The notes beneath the pieces were generated by a model. It saw nothing but the letters and a program-made list of their open reading frames with translations. It was not told where the DNA came from and ran no database searches. Below, piece by piece: positions 42,254 to 54,928 of a DNA stretch of 64,000 bases. The DNA comes from Eledone cirrhosa. Its lineage: Eukaryota. The position numbers were made by a program, and so were the translations under genes. How positions within the stretch are numbered: the stretch's first letter is position 1; every line of letters begins with the position of its first letter. The DNA lies in NCBI GenBank assembly GCA_964016885.1, contig OZ024747.1:8432001-8496000 (forward strand), in the 5' to 3' direction.

Positions 42254-42361
42254 TGAGAAATTGGATATGAAACATACCACTAAGGTTTTGATGATTCAAT
42301 TCCTGTAGTGGTAGAGGAATTATATATATGTATATATATATATGTATGTGTATGTATATAC

Positions 42362-42425
<64 letters not shown>

Positions 42426-42426
<1 letters not shown>

Positions 42427-42750
42427 CCTGCAACCCTGAAGGTATCCAATGATGTTGACTTGTTCTTCTTTTTGGTAAATATCATCTTGGTTAAGAGAGT
42501 GGGACTGGCTTTGTGCAGTGCCTTTGCTCACTATAAAAGCTTCACGGCACAGGCATTGCTTTATATCTGGAGATCTCTCTGCACTTGTCATCACATGGTA
42601 CCATGGGTCCAGCACTATGTGTTAATAATTGTCACAAGTGTAGTGTTTGTACCAGAGTTTTCAAGTCACTGGCTGGACTAAAAAGTCACATTCGTTCAGC
42701 GCATCGGTAGGGGTTCTCCTACATGGATATAAAGTAGTGGCCGTACTCGG
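42426..42750 (+). mobile_element. Second copy of the RTE-derived short element (3' part)
   Basis: Nearly identical to 18168-18490. Confidence 0.7.
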
Positions 42751-43109
42751 CACTTTGCGCTAGTGGACAGGGTGACCATGGCTTTTGTGGGATTTCTACA
42801 CAAGTGACCCTGATGGTATCCATATGATGGGGTCCCTATCTTTCCACTGCAAAGTGGAATGATAGGGACTGGGGTCCATATCATTCCACTGCAAAGTGGT
42901 CGTGGAGGCGCCACGGCAAAAAAGCACCCAGCACTCACTGTAAATGAGGTTGGTGTTAGGAAGGGCATCCAGCTGTAGAAATCGAGCCAGAATCAGTTCC
43001 CGTCCCACCCTTGCAAGCAGGGAAAAGCGGACGTAAAATGATGATGATGATGATATATATATACATATATGTATGTGTGTGTATATATATATATATATGC
43101 ATATATGTA

Positions 43110-43171
<62 letters not shown>

Positions 43172-43421
43172 CATATATATATATGTATATGCATATATGT
43201 ATGTGTGTATATATATATATATATGTATATATGCATATATATATATATGTATATGCATATATGTATGTGTGTGTGTATATATATATGTATATATATATGC
43301 ATATATATATGTATGTATATGCATATATGTATGTGTGTGTGTATATATATATATATATATGTGCATATATATATATGCATATATGTATGTGTGTGTGTAT
43401 ATATATATATGCATATATGTA

Positions 43422-43452
<31 letters not shown>

Positions 43453-43699
43453 GCATATATGTATGTGTATGTGTATATATATATGTATATATGTATATAT
43501 GCATATATATATGTATATGCATGTGGATGAGAGCGGCAAGCATGGTCCATGTGAATGGACCTGCCTTGAGCATACACCTGTAAATTGGAGGAGAAAAACT
43601 GGGGAGGGCACTTTGCGCTAGTGGACAGGGTGACCATGGCTTTTGTGGGATTTCTACACAAGAGACCCTTAGAGTCTCCTCACCTTTGGGGAAGTTGTT

Positions 43700-43965
43700 G
43701 TTTGTTTTTAAATGTTTATTTTCTTAGTTTCTTTTATAAATTTTATTTTACACAAAAAAAACCCATACTATATTGTCCCGTACCGTCTTTAATGTTTCCT
43801 TAATGTGAACCCTGTGTGGCTAATAAAGAAATCATAATCACTATTATTTTTCACATTTTTATATCTTCATTGTTAAATTAGTCCTGCCATTGTGCACTTT
43901 TACTCAACCTTATTGTAAACCCCCACTGTCCCTGTCTTTGTATTGTCCCCTACATTTCGGCCCTT
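43700..43965 (+). mobile_element. Tx1-type 3' UTR remnants
   Basis: ccctgtgtggctaataaagaa matches the end at 35115-35134. Confidence 0.5.
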
Positions 43966-44085
43966 GATTATTATTATTATTAAATAAAGTACCAGTAATG
44001 CATTGAGTAATTGCTGGCCTTGTGCCAAAAGTAGAAACAATTATTATTATTATTATTATTATTATTTCTCTTCAAACTAAAATAT

Positions 44086-44657
44086 TAGTTGTTTGATGAT
44101 GACTGATGCACCATATAGTGGTTGTTTGATGATGTCTGATGCACCATATAATGGTTGTTTGATGATGACTGATGCACCATATAATGGTTGTTTGATGATG
44201 ACTGATGCACCATATAATGGTTGTTTGGTACAACAAAAGGTATCACTATATAGTGGATGTTTGATGATGTCTGATACAACATATAGTGGTTGTTTGATGA
44301 TGTCTGATACAACATATAGTGGTTGTTTGGTACAACAAAAGGTATCACCATATAGTGGTTGTTTGATCATGTCTGACACAACATATAGTGGTTGTTTGAT
44401 GATGTCTGATACAACATATAGTGGTTGTTTGATGATGTCTGATACAACATATAGTGGTTGTTTGATAGCAAAAGGTATCACTATATAGTGGTTGTTTGAT
44501 CATGTCTGATACAACAAAAGGTATCACTATATAGTGGTTGTTTGATCATGTCTGATACAACATACAGTGGTTGTTTGATGATGTCTGATACAACATATAG
44601 TGGTTGATTGATGATGTCTGATACAACAAAAGGTATCACCATATAGTGGTTGTTTGT
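44086..44657. repeat. 33-bp minisatellite with variant units
   Basis: atatagtggttgtttgatgatgtctgatacaac; variant unit with aaaaggtatcac. Confidence 0.95.
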
Positions 44658-45102
44658 TTTCCATTTAATTGTTAAAACCATTATCAGCAGCTGGCATGTA
44701 TTCCAAACCAAACTGCTGCTACGCTTCAAGGATTTCTCTGCTATAACTTCCACTCTGCACTGCTGTTTCCCCATTCAAGCTACAACAGCAGCTGCTGCTA
44801 CTGCTGCAGTTGTTGCTACTGCTACTGTTGCTGCTGCTGTTGATATAACCAAGGCAGCTCAGCTACTACTTTTACTACTACTATCGTTACAAAAATGAAA
44901 AGGAGGATAGCTACTGTACAGCAGAGAGAAGAGGAAAAATAGCAATTTTTACTAGCTCGTTCGATATCTTTTATTTCTTCGTATCATTTGTACAATTATC
45001 AACATCAACCGAATTCATTGCCTTATCTTTATATCTTTTATCTTATCGAGTTAATTTCCAAATAAATTCTTTATCATCTGGTATTGCCAAACTACATTAT
45101 AC

Positions 45103-45137
<35 letters not shown>

Positions 45138-45273
45138 CTTATATATATATATGTATATATATATACTTATATATATATATGTATATATATATACTTATAT
45201 ATATATGTATATATATATACTTATATATATATGTATATATATATACTTATATATATATGTATATATATATACT

Positions 45274-45304
<31 letters not shown>

Positions 45305-45331
45305 GTATATGGGTGTGTGTATATACATATA

Positions 45332-45364
<33 letters not shown>

Positions 45365-45392
45365 TGTATATGGGTGTGTGTATATACATATA

Positions 45393-45427
<35 letters not shown>

Positions 45428-46453
45428 TATGTATATGGGTGTGTGTATATATATATAATATATATAATATATATATATATATATATTTATCACCAACCAA
45501 ATGAGATGAATGACAAGCAAAGACAGAAAGACAGTGGCAAGATTATAGATAATCCATAGAAACATTGTAAATGGGTTTGCGTGCGTGTTTGGTTTGTGTT
45601 TGTGTGTGTGTGTTTTTTTTTTTTTTTTTTTTTTTTTTTCTAGAAACTACTTCATTCTCATTCTGTCGAAAATAACAGCAAAGAAACTTTGCAAATTCAG
45701 CTGTCGAAAAATATATGAATGGTTTTTTTTTTATAGATTGTAGTAGACAAACATAATTTGAAATGAAATTCACTAGAATATTTGAGAGGATAAAACCAAC
45801 CAAAAACAAAAACAAGAAAAAATGTATCTTAATTCTACACTAAAATATCGCAGCAGATAGAGTAGAAGAGTAGGAAGAGAGAGAGAGAGTTAGATAGAGA
45901 GAAAAATATTGATAGAGGGAGAGAGAGAGGGGGGAAGGAGAGAGAGAGATGGAGATAGAGAGAAAATAGCATTTATAGGTTTTATAATGCAATTATTGAA
46001 TAAATATTACAATATATTTCTAACCCACTTCTGATATTTGTAGTTTGGGATAGATGGAAATTGAGTGAGAGTGAGAGAGACTGAGAATGAGAGAGAGTGA
46101 GGGTGAGAGAGACTGTGAGAGAGTGACTGAGAGTGAGAGAGACTGAGAATGAGAGAGAGTGAGGGTGAGAGAGACTGTGAGAGAGTGACTGAGAGTGAGA
46201 GAGACACTGAGTGAGAGAGAGAGACTGAGTGAGAGACTGAGTGAGAGAGAGAGTCTGAGAGTGACAGAGAGAGAAAGAGACTGAAAGTGAGAGAGAGAGA
46301 CTGAGAGAGTGAGCGAGTGAGTGAGAGTGAGACTGAGAGAGAGTGAGTGTGAGTAAAAGAGACTGAGAGAGAGACAGACAGAGAGTGAGAGAGACTGAGA
46401 GAGAGAGAGACTGACTGTGAGAGACTGAGAATGAAAGAGAAAGCAGGACTTGC

Positions 46454-46585
46454 CGGTTTAGGTGGTGGTGGTTTAAATGTGGTTGTTGAAGCTTTCCACT
46501 CATTTTGTGGTTCAAGGACAAAATAGAACTGGCTTGACGCGTCAGCCATAAGAGGGTTCCCAAATATGTCTGCAGAGCTGTAATT
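46454..46585 (-). CDS. Host gene internal exon A (44 aa, NYSSADIFGNPLMADASSQFYFVLEPQNEWKASTTTFKPPPPKP), unknown repeat protein
   Basis: Pyrimidine tract + AG acceptor (cttttctattccctag); 132 nt, phase 0; donor CCG|GCAAGT (GC-type); same motif as three other exons. Confidence 0.75.
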
Positions 46586-46714
46586 CTAGGGAATAGAAAA
46601 GAAGTAAAGGTTGATTGGTTTTTTTTAGAGAACAAGAACAACATAGAAATTATATATATATATGTGTGTGTGTGTGTATATATCTATATATATATATGTA
46701 TATATGTGTGAGTG

Positions 46715-46777
<63 letters not shown>

Positions 46778-46816
46778 GTGTGTGTGTGTATATATACATA
46801 TATATATATGTATATA

Positions 46817-48976
46817 TAGATAAGAAGGTAGCTTGGAAGTGTCACTATGAAAGGCTTCTAAATGAGGAGAATAATTGGGAGAAAGGCAGTCTCCCCCATA
46901 TCGACCCAATAGAGGGACCAGCAGTGTTAGTCGAGGGGAGTATAATAAGTAAGGCAATCAAGGATATGAAGACTGGTAAGGCGGCTGGGCCTTCGGAAAT
47001 AGTTGCTGAGATGCTGAAGGCATCTGGCACGGTGGGACACACCATGGTCACCCGCATAGTTAACCAAGTCGTACAAAACGGGGTTGTTCCGAAGGACTGG
47101 CATAGCAGCATCATCGTTAACTGTTATAAGGGTAAAGGAGACGCCCTAGATAGGAGTAACTATAGAGGCATTAAATTAATCGACCAGGTCATGAAGGTCA
47201 CGGAAAGAGTAATAGCGCAGCTAATCAGAGAGAGAATTGACCTAGATGAAATGCAGTTCGGGTTTGTGTCAGGCAAAAGTACCACAGACGCTCTTTTCAT
47301 AGTACGACAACTACAAGAGAAGTACCTAGCTAAAGGTAAACCCCTCTACTTAGCTTTTGTCGACTTGGAGAAAGCCTTCGACAGAGTCCCCCGCTCCATT
47401 ATCTGGTGGGCTCTTAGAAAACTAGGCGTTGACGAATGGCTTGTGAGGGCTATACAAGCCATGTATAAAGAAACAGTCAGCAAGGTTAGAATTAACAACG
47501 AATATAGTGAAGAGTTTAGCGTAAAAGTCGGCGTCCATCAGGGCTCTGTTCTCAGTCCACTACTATTTATTATTGCCCTTCAGGCCATAACAGAGGAGTT
47601 CAAGACAGGCTGCCCATGGGAACTCCTATACGCAGACGACCTGACACTCATAGCGGAATCAATGGCCGAGCTAGAGAAGAAATTCCAAACATGGAAGCAC
47701 GGCCTAGAGTCAAAAGGACTTAAAATTAACCTGGCTAAGACCAAAGTACTAGTTTGTAGGAAAGAAAACAAGGCGGCGGTCCCTTCTGGGAAATGGTCGT
47801 GCTCGGTGTGTAGGAAAGGCGTAGGTAGAAACTCCATTTTATGTCCTAAATGCAAAGTATGGGTGCATAAAAGATGTAGTGGGATCACAGGTAGGCTAAC
47901 TAAGAACATAGATTTTACATGTGGCCGGTGCTCCGGTGCAATAAGTAGCAGCAAGTGCCCACAAACTACTAGCTCTTTCAATTGCGCAGAGGGTTCTATA
48001 GAAATAGTGGACAGCTTCCGTTACCTGGGCGATAAAATCAGCAGTGGGGGAGGGTGCTCTGAAAGTACTGTAGCTAGAGTCAGAACTGGTTGGAAAAAGT
48101 TCAGAGAGCTTATACCACTATTAGCTGCTAAAGGGTTCTCACTAAAAATGAAAGGCAGGTTGTACGATGCCTGCATACGAACAGCAATGCTGCATGGCAG
48201 TGAGACCTGGGCATTGTGTGCAGAGGATATACGCAGACTAGAGAGGAACGAAGCTTGCATGCTCCGCTGGATGTGTAACAGTAATATACGTGAACGGCAA
48301 AGCATAAACGAACTAAGGAATAAATTAGAGATAAGAGGGATCAGATGTTGTTTACTCGAGAGAAGGCTACGTTGGTATGGACACGTGATGCGCATGAAAG
48401 TCGATAGCTGTATAACAAAGTGCAGGGCAATAAAGATAGACGGTAGTCACGGAATAGGCAGACCTAGAAAAACCTGGGACGAGCTGATAAACTCCGACAT
48501 CACACACTTACACCTCTCCAAGACAATGTCACTGGACCGAGACCTTTGGCGGTACTCAGTAACAGAGAAGACCCGCCTTACCTAAATATATAGTAAAACC
48601 TACTCCAGCCAGTAGGCATCTCTAACAAATACACCCCGTCCCACCACCCCCACCCGATCCACACCACCCCGTTCTATGTAAAGTTATGTTGGTGCCGCGC
48701 CATCGAGGCCGAAACAAATGAGATCGTGTAGGTGTCACGACAAAAAAACACACAGTCCACGCTGTAATGTGGCCGTGTAGGCAACACGGTAAAAACCTCC
48801 CAGACCCACACTGTAAATGTGGTTGGTGTTAGGAAGGGCATCCAACTGTAGAAAACCTGCCAGACAGTCCTATGCGAGCAAGACAATCAATCTTGCCTCA
48901 AGTGGGACTACCCCCGTCCAAACCCATGCAAGCGTGGAACACGGACGTTAAACGCTGATGATGATGATGATGATGA
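46817..48976 (+). mobile_element. RTE-clade LINE, 5'-truncated (no APE), uninterrupted RT ORF to stop at 48585, 3' UTR with (GAT)n tail
   Basis: Motifs [39 protein letters not shown] (47629-47640), [20 protein letters not shown]; ORF N-terminus (46615-46816) is flanking sequence and microsatellite. Confidence 0.95.
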
Positions 48977-49090
48977 TATATGTGTATATATATGTATATA
49001 TCTTTGTATCGTAATATCACAGGGAAAATCATTCAAAATAACATACAACATGAATACAGTCGTACACATATATATATGTTTGTGTGTGTA

Positions 49091-49152
<62 letters not shown>

Positions 49153-49468
49153 AAAATGTTCAAGACCCCGACGGCAGAGCTCAAGCCGTTTTGACGGCTA
49201 TTTCTGGACCTACTACTAACCTAAGTATTGAGTACTCTGGTGTGTTATGGTCCATCTGGTTCCTTACCACACTTCCTTTGTTATATAAATATATATACAC
49301 GTATATCCAGCTGTAGAAATCAAGCCAGAGTCAGTTCCCGTCCCACCCTTGCAAGCAGGGAAAAGCGGACGTAAAATGAAATGATGATGATGATGATGAT
49401 GATATATATATAGAATAAGAAAATGCGAAGTAGTTTCAGATGTTAAAGTCCTTTAATGATTATACTGT

Positions 49469-49533
49469 GATACATATTTCAATGACAACAGTGGCCACAC
49501 AGTTCCATGTACCCAGTGCCGTGACATCATCAG
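49469..49533 (-). ncRNA. Hammerhead core inside a foldback (stem I lost)
   Basis: ctgatga tgtcacggcactgg...ccactgttgtcatt gaaatatgtatc. Confidence 0.6.
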
Positions 49534-49670
49534 ATTAGGGATGATAAAGGACTTTAACATCTGAAACTACTTCGCATTTTCTTATTCTAAATATACTCCG
49601 TCACTCCTATGTGGAAAAATAGGTGGAGTGCTTGAATTGAATTGAATTGCATCAATGTTTACCCTAAGTA

Positions 49671-49705
<35 letters not shown>

Positions 49706-49897
49706 ACGAAGGAAATGTGGTAAGGAACCAGGTGGACCATAACGCACCAAAGTACTCAATACTTAGGGTAGTAGAGTGGGTAATAGGAACGAGTAGGACC
49801 CCGACGGCTGAGCTCAAGCCGTTTCCAGAATTAGCCGTCGAAACGGCTTGAGCTCAGCCGTCGGGGTCCTACTCGTTCCTATATATATACATATATA

Positions 49898-50360
49898 TCA
49901 TCATCATCATTTTACGTCCGCTTTTCCCTGCTTGCAAGGGTTGGACGGGTCCTATTCAGCACAGCATCTCTCCACATGTCACAGTCCTTCGTCATCTCCT
50001 CGGTGAGTTTCAGCGATCTGAGCTCTGCTCTCACCACCTCCGCCCATGTTTTACGTGGTCTACCTCTACTGCGTCTTCCTTCTACTGGGATTTCTCGGCA
50101 CTTCTTTACCTAGCGGTCATCCTTCATGCGCATCACATGTCCATACGATCTCAGTCTTCTCTCCTGCACACCACAACTTATCGCTCTTATCTTTCTCAAC
50201 TCGTCTATGCTTGGTCGTTCACGCACATTGTCATTACACATCCAACGGAACATACTTGCTTCATTTCTCTCCAGCCATCGCATATCCTCTGCAGTTGCTG
50301 CCCATGTCTCACTACCATGCAGCATCGCACATCTCACACAGGCATCATATAAGCGTCCTT
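49898..50360 (-). mobile_element. RTE 3' fragment
   Basis: [24 protein letters not shown]; (GAT)n tail. Confidence 0.88.
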
Positions 50361-50670
50361 TCGTATGTATATATATATATGCATCATTTATTTATATACA
50401 TGTATATATATATCTCGTATAGGACTGTCTGGCGGGTTTTCTAGGAAGGGCATCCAGTCGTAGAAAACCCGCCAGACAGTCCTATACGAGCAGGACAACC
50501 AATCTTGCCTCAAGTGGGAAAACTCCCGTCCAAACCCATGCAAGCGTGGAAGATGGACGTTAAACGATGATGATGATGATGATATGTCATCATCATCATT
50601 ATCGTTTAACGTCTATCTTCCACACTAATATATATATATACATTGTTTATATATATATAAATAAATATAT

Positions 50671-50870
50671 AACGAAGGAAATGTGGTAAGGAACCAGGTG
50701 GACCATAACGCACCAAAGTACTCAATACTTGAGGTAGTAGAGTGGGTAATAGGAACCAGTAAGACCCCGACAGCTGAGCTCAAGCCGTTTCGACGGCTAA
50801 TTCTGGACTAAGTCCAGAATTAGCCGTCGAAACGGCTTGAGCTCAGCTATCGGGGTCTTACTGGTTCCTA
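50671..50870. repeat. Foldback repeat family (probable PLE pLTR end)
   Basis: ~60-bp near-perfect hairpin 50750-50870; relatives at 49151-49283, 49705-49882, 57008-57163. Confidence 0.8.
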
Positions 50871-50902
50871 AATAAATATATATATATATATATATGTATG
50901 TA

Positions 50903-51302
50903 ACATCATTTTATGTCTGCTTTTCCATGTTTGCATACATTGAGCAGGCTTTTCCAGCACAGTATCCCTCCACTCGTTGCATTCCATCGGCATCTCCTTT
51001 GTGAACCTCAGTGATTTGAGTTCAGCCTTCACTACATCCCCCCCCCCCCCCCAGGCCTTCCTTGGTCTTCCTCTACTGTGGTTTCCTTCAACTGGGATTT
51101 CTTAGCTCTCCATCCCTACACATACTCATCATCCAGTGAATATCATCCATGCCAACACAGTCTTCTCTCTTCCACATTACAACTGAATCCTTTTATACCT
51201 AATTTTTCTCTCTTCATCCATGCTATGTCACATCCATCATTTCTCTCCAGACTTCACATATCCTGTACATTCCCTATCCATGTCTCACAACAATGCAGCA
51301 TG
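50903..51302 (-). mobile_element. RTE 3' fragment, old
   Basis: MLHCCETW and GRPRKAW remnants. Confidence 0.65.
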
Positions 51303-51304
51303 TC

Positions 51305-51336
<32 letters not shown>

Positions 51337-51441
51337 TGTGCGTGTGTATGTGTGTGTGTAGAGTGATATAATCTTTATTCCATCTTTCTATATATATAAC
51401 TATATATATAAATATATATATATATACATACACACATACAT

Positions 51442-51488
<47 letters not shown>

Positions 51489-51489
51489 T

Positions 51490-51554
<65 letters not shown>

Positions 51555-51559
51555 TATAC

Positions 51560-51592
<33 letters not shown>

Positions 51593-51597
51593 TACAT

Positions 51598-51636
<39 letters not shown>

Positions 51637-51849
51637 TATACACACATATACATATATATACACACACACATACATATACATACATATACATACATATATA
51701 TATACACACACACACATATACAGCTCTTGGGTTGGAAGGATCCTTCAGTCATGTCAAAGACATGACAGCCTCACTAGTGTTCTTGATCTACATGATAAAT
51801 ACACTCAGTACCTGCTGTAAAGAGGTTGGTGATAGGGAAGGAATCGAGT

Positions 51850-52108
51850 CATAGAAAGCTTGCCAAACAAAGGGCTGGGAGGAACCCTCAGTCATGTCAA
51901 GTACATGACAATCTCCGTAGTGTTGGTTACCTACATGATAAATACACCCAGGTCATCCAACCATAGAAAGCTTGCCAAACAAAGGGCTGGGAGGAACCCT
52001 CAGTCATGTCAAGTACATGACAATCTCCGTAGTGTTGGTTACCTACATGATAAATACACCCAGGTCATCCAACCATAGAAAGCTTGCCAAACAAAGGGCT
52101 GGGAGGAC
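51850..52108. repeat. 112-bp tandem duplication within an RTE-tail-like repeat
   Basis: Near-identical ORFs starting at 51860 and 51972. Confidence 0.9.
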
Positions 52109-52449
52109 TCTCAGTTGTGTTAAAGACCTGACAACTTCTCTTTTGCACTCGATAAAACATGAGATTGTCCATAAGCAAGACACAGATCACTGGCCTGTCT
52201 GGTAGATCAGTAGCCATACTTCAGTACTAACTTGGTCTATGTAGACCTGTCCAATCCTTGCTAGCAGGGAGTGGACATTAATACGATGATGATATATGTA
52301 CCTCTGTGTGTCTATATATATATATGGATAGATGAATGTTTATTTATGCACTCGAAATAAGAGAGGTGACAAAGATAATAATAGAAAAAGTTCAAATCAA
52401 CAAAGGTTGTTGGAATGTGTGAATGGTGGAATTCTAGTTGACAATCCAA

Positions 52450-53810
52450 ATGGATTATCTCCCAAACCTAGAATTGCATCACTAGGGTGTAGGTGTGTTG
52501 ATGTAGCTGCTTTCTCAAAAAGTCGCCTTTCTGAAAATGGGCAATGGAAGATGCCTGGAAGAGGCACAATGTTCAAGAAAGAAAAGAATCAAGAGTGAGT
52601 TTTACTATCCACATGAGCCTAGTCCACAAACTAACAGAGCTTCCTTGTGGGGTTAGTGACTGGCTAATGACTTTGTTTCTACTCCTCTTAAGTGGCAGAC
52701 ATGTCACTATCATTGGTGTATATGCTCCAACACTTAGCAGCGATGAAGTAAAAAAAGAGAAAGTTTTATGAATCATTCAAGAACACTCTGCATTCAATTC
52801 CACATTGTAATAAGATAATTCTTCTGGGAGATTTTAATGCATGTCTGCTAAATATTGGGAGACATGGAACTGTATTGGAAAGTATGCAGTCAGGTAAACT
52901 AATAGTAATGGCCTGCTCCTGCTAAAGCTCAACCTGTATATCTTAAGCACACACACTTCAAGCATAAAGGGGATCATGTCACAACATGGATGTACCTAGT
53001 TTCCCCAATAGCGGCACTTAATCAATTACGTAATTGTTCACAAACATAACATGCAGGACAGCTGTAATGTCTGTTCTATGTGAGGTGCTGGACTGACTAC
53101 TGTTTAGTAAGAGCAAAATATATTTAGTAATAAAGCCAGCAACTAGAAATCATATGGATTCATGTCATTTCGCATGAATGTGTTACTGCCATCAACAACA
53201 TCTCTTCCTGGGTCAGAGAGGAACTTTATAACGCAGACATGAAACTCTTGGAACTACAACAGCAAGAAATAGGGTTTGGTATGATGAGAATCGTCAGGAA
53301 TTAAAAGCAATAATGCCATCAGGGTGCAAATGCTGCAAAAAGGTTTATCAAGAGATAAATGTCAACTAAAAGAAAGTTTTAAAATGGCTAAGGCAGGTGA
53401 CCAATGTAAATTGTGTTACATAGATGAGATTTAGTGGTCAAAACCTTCATATGATATTCAGATAGCAGCTGACTCGAGAAATTCAAAGGAATTTAATGAA
53501 ACTAGCCTTTGGACCAAGATTCACTAAGATAACACCCCTCAGATCCAAGGATGGTTCAAATCTACTAAAATACATGGATAGCATAGCTAAAAGAGGGAAC
53601 ATTTCAATGTTTTAATAAATATAGATTTCCAGGTTGACCAAAATGTAATTAACGATATTCAACAGAGGTCCACAGCCTTTTCTTTTAAGGATCCTTCTAA
53701 CCTTAAAGAAGTATATATTAGAATCAAGAAACTTAATTTAGGGAAAGCTGCAGGCATTGATGGATTCTTCGCAGATATTTTCAGATTTGGTGGTGAAAGA
53801 CTGAGAAAAC
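52450..53810 (+). mobile_element. Decayed RTE LINE: APE endonuclease to RT start
   Basis: VTIIGVYAPTLSS, IILLGDFNA, GKAAGIDG motifs with many stops. Confidence 0.8.
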
Positions 53811-54090
53811 ATGCCTGGAAATATGGTGACAAATTAAGCTACCATGCTTTGATGGATGTGTAATGTTAATGTGAGAGAATAACAGAGCTAGAATGAACTG
53901 AGAGAAAACCTGAGTATTACAGGAATCAGAAGTGGCGTGCTAGAAAGAAGGCTGCATAGGTATGGACATGAGATGTGCAAGGAGATGATATTCACCGAAT
54001 GACAAGAAGAAAGCCACAGTGGAGGAAGACCAAGACAGAGATGGTGGGAGCTAATCTCAAATTGCTGAAAATCACAGAGATGCTGTACTG
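53810..54090 (+). mobile_element. RTE 3' fragment, decayed
   Basis: WMCNVNVRE, LREN, GRPR remnants. Confidence 0.6.
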
Positions 54091-54343
54091 AAATATACAT
54101 GTATATATACATATACATATGTGTCATCATCATCATCATTGTTTAACATCCATCTTCCACGCTAGCATGGGTTTGGACGGGAATTTTCCCACTTGAGGCA
54201 AGATTGGTTGTCTTGCTCAGGACTGTCTGGCGGGTTTTCTATGGCTGGATGCCCTTCCTAACACCAACCACGTTTACAGTGTGGACTGGGAGGTTTTTTC
54301 CTTTCAAGGATTTACACAAATCCAGCCTCCTGTCATTTCATTA

Positions 54344-54380
<37 letters not shown>

Positions 54381-54581
54381 CACAGAAAGAAGAGAATCAG
54401 TGTTGTGACGAAAGGAATTTATTGGACATATTACAATTGTTTCTCGGCCAACCAGCTCGAGGCACGATCGATGTGGTAATCAAACCTCTCCATCTACGAA
54501 GCAGATTTTTATATTTATATATATATATATACTTCAACGAAGAAGAGGAGCAGATTCCAAATATTCCTTTAATATTGCAAA

Positions 54582-54667
54582 AATTACAATACATATTTCT
54601 ATGGTTGGCATGCCTTACATCATCAGATCATGATGCAAGACATATGGTGACATCATCAGATGTAATT
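54582..54667 (-). ncRNA. Hammerhead-like motif with long stem II
   Basis: aattacat ctgatga, 14-bp internal hairpin, gaaatatgta ttgtaatt. Confidence 0.55.
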
Positions 54668-54856
54668 CAGAAAGATTAAGTAATCAATTTCTGGATTACG
54701 AAAAAATATAAACAAAGAATAGAATTGTTACAAGGACAGTCTGCTAGTCAGTGCAATAACTGTGACAGACTGCATCCATCCATATATGTGTGTGTCCAGA
54801 CCCATGCTAGCGTGGAAAATGGATGTTATATGATGATGATGATGATGATGTGTGTA

Positions 54857-54887
<31 letters not shown>

Positions 54888-54928
54888 TAGGTAACATGAC
54901 AAAAAAGCAGAGAAGTCATGCTTGTGAT

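Noticed and set aside
46615-46816. N-terminus of the 656-aa ORF as a true start
   Set aside because: TTG start plus (TA/TG)n in frame by chance; the LINE is 5'-truncated.
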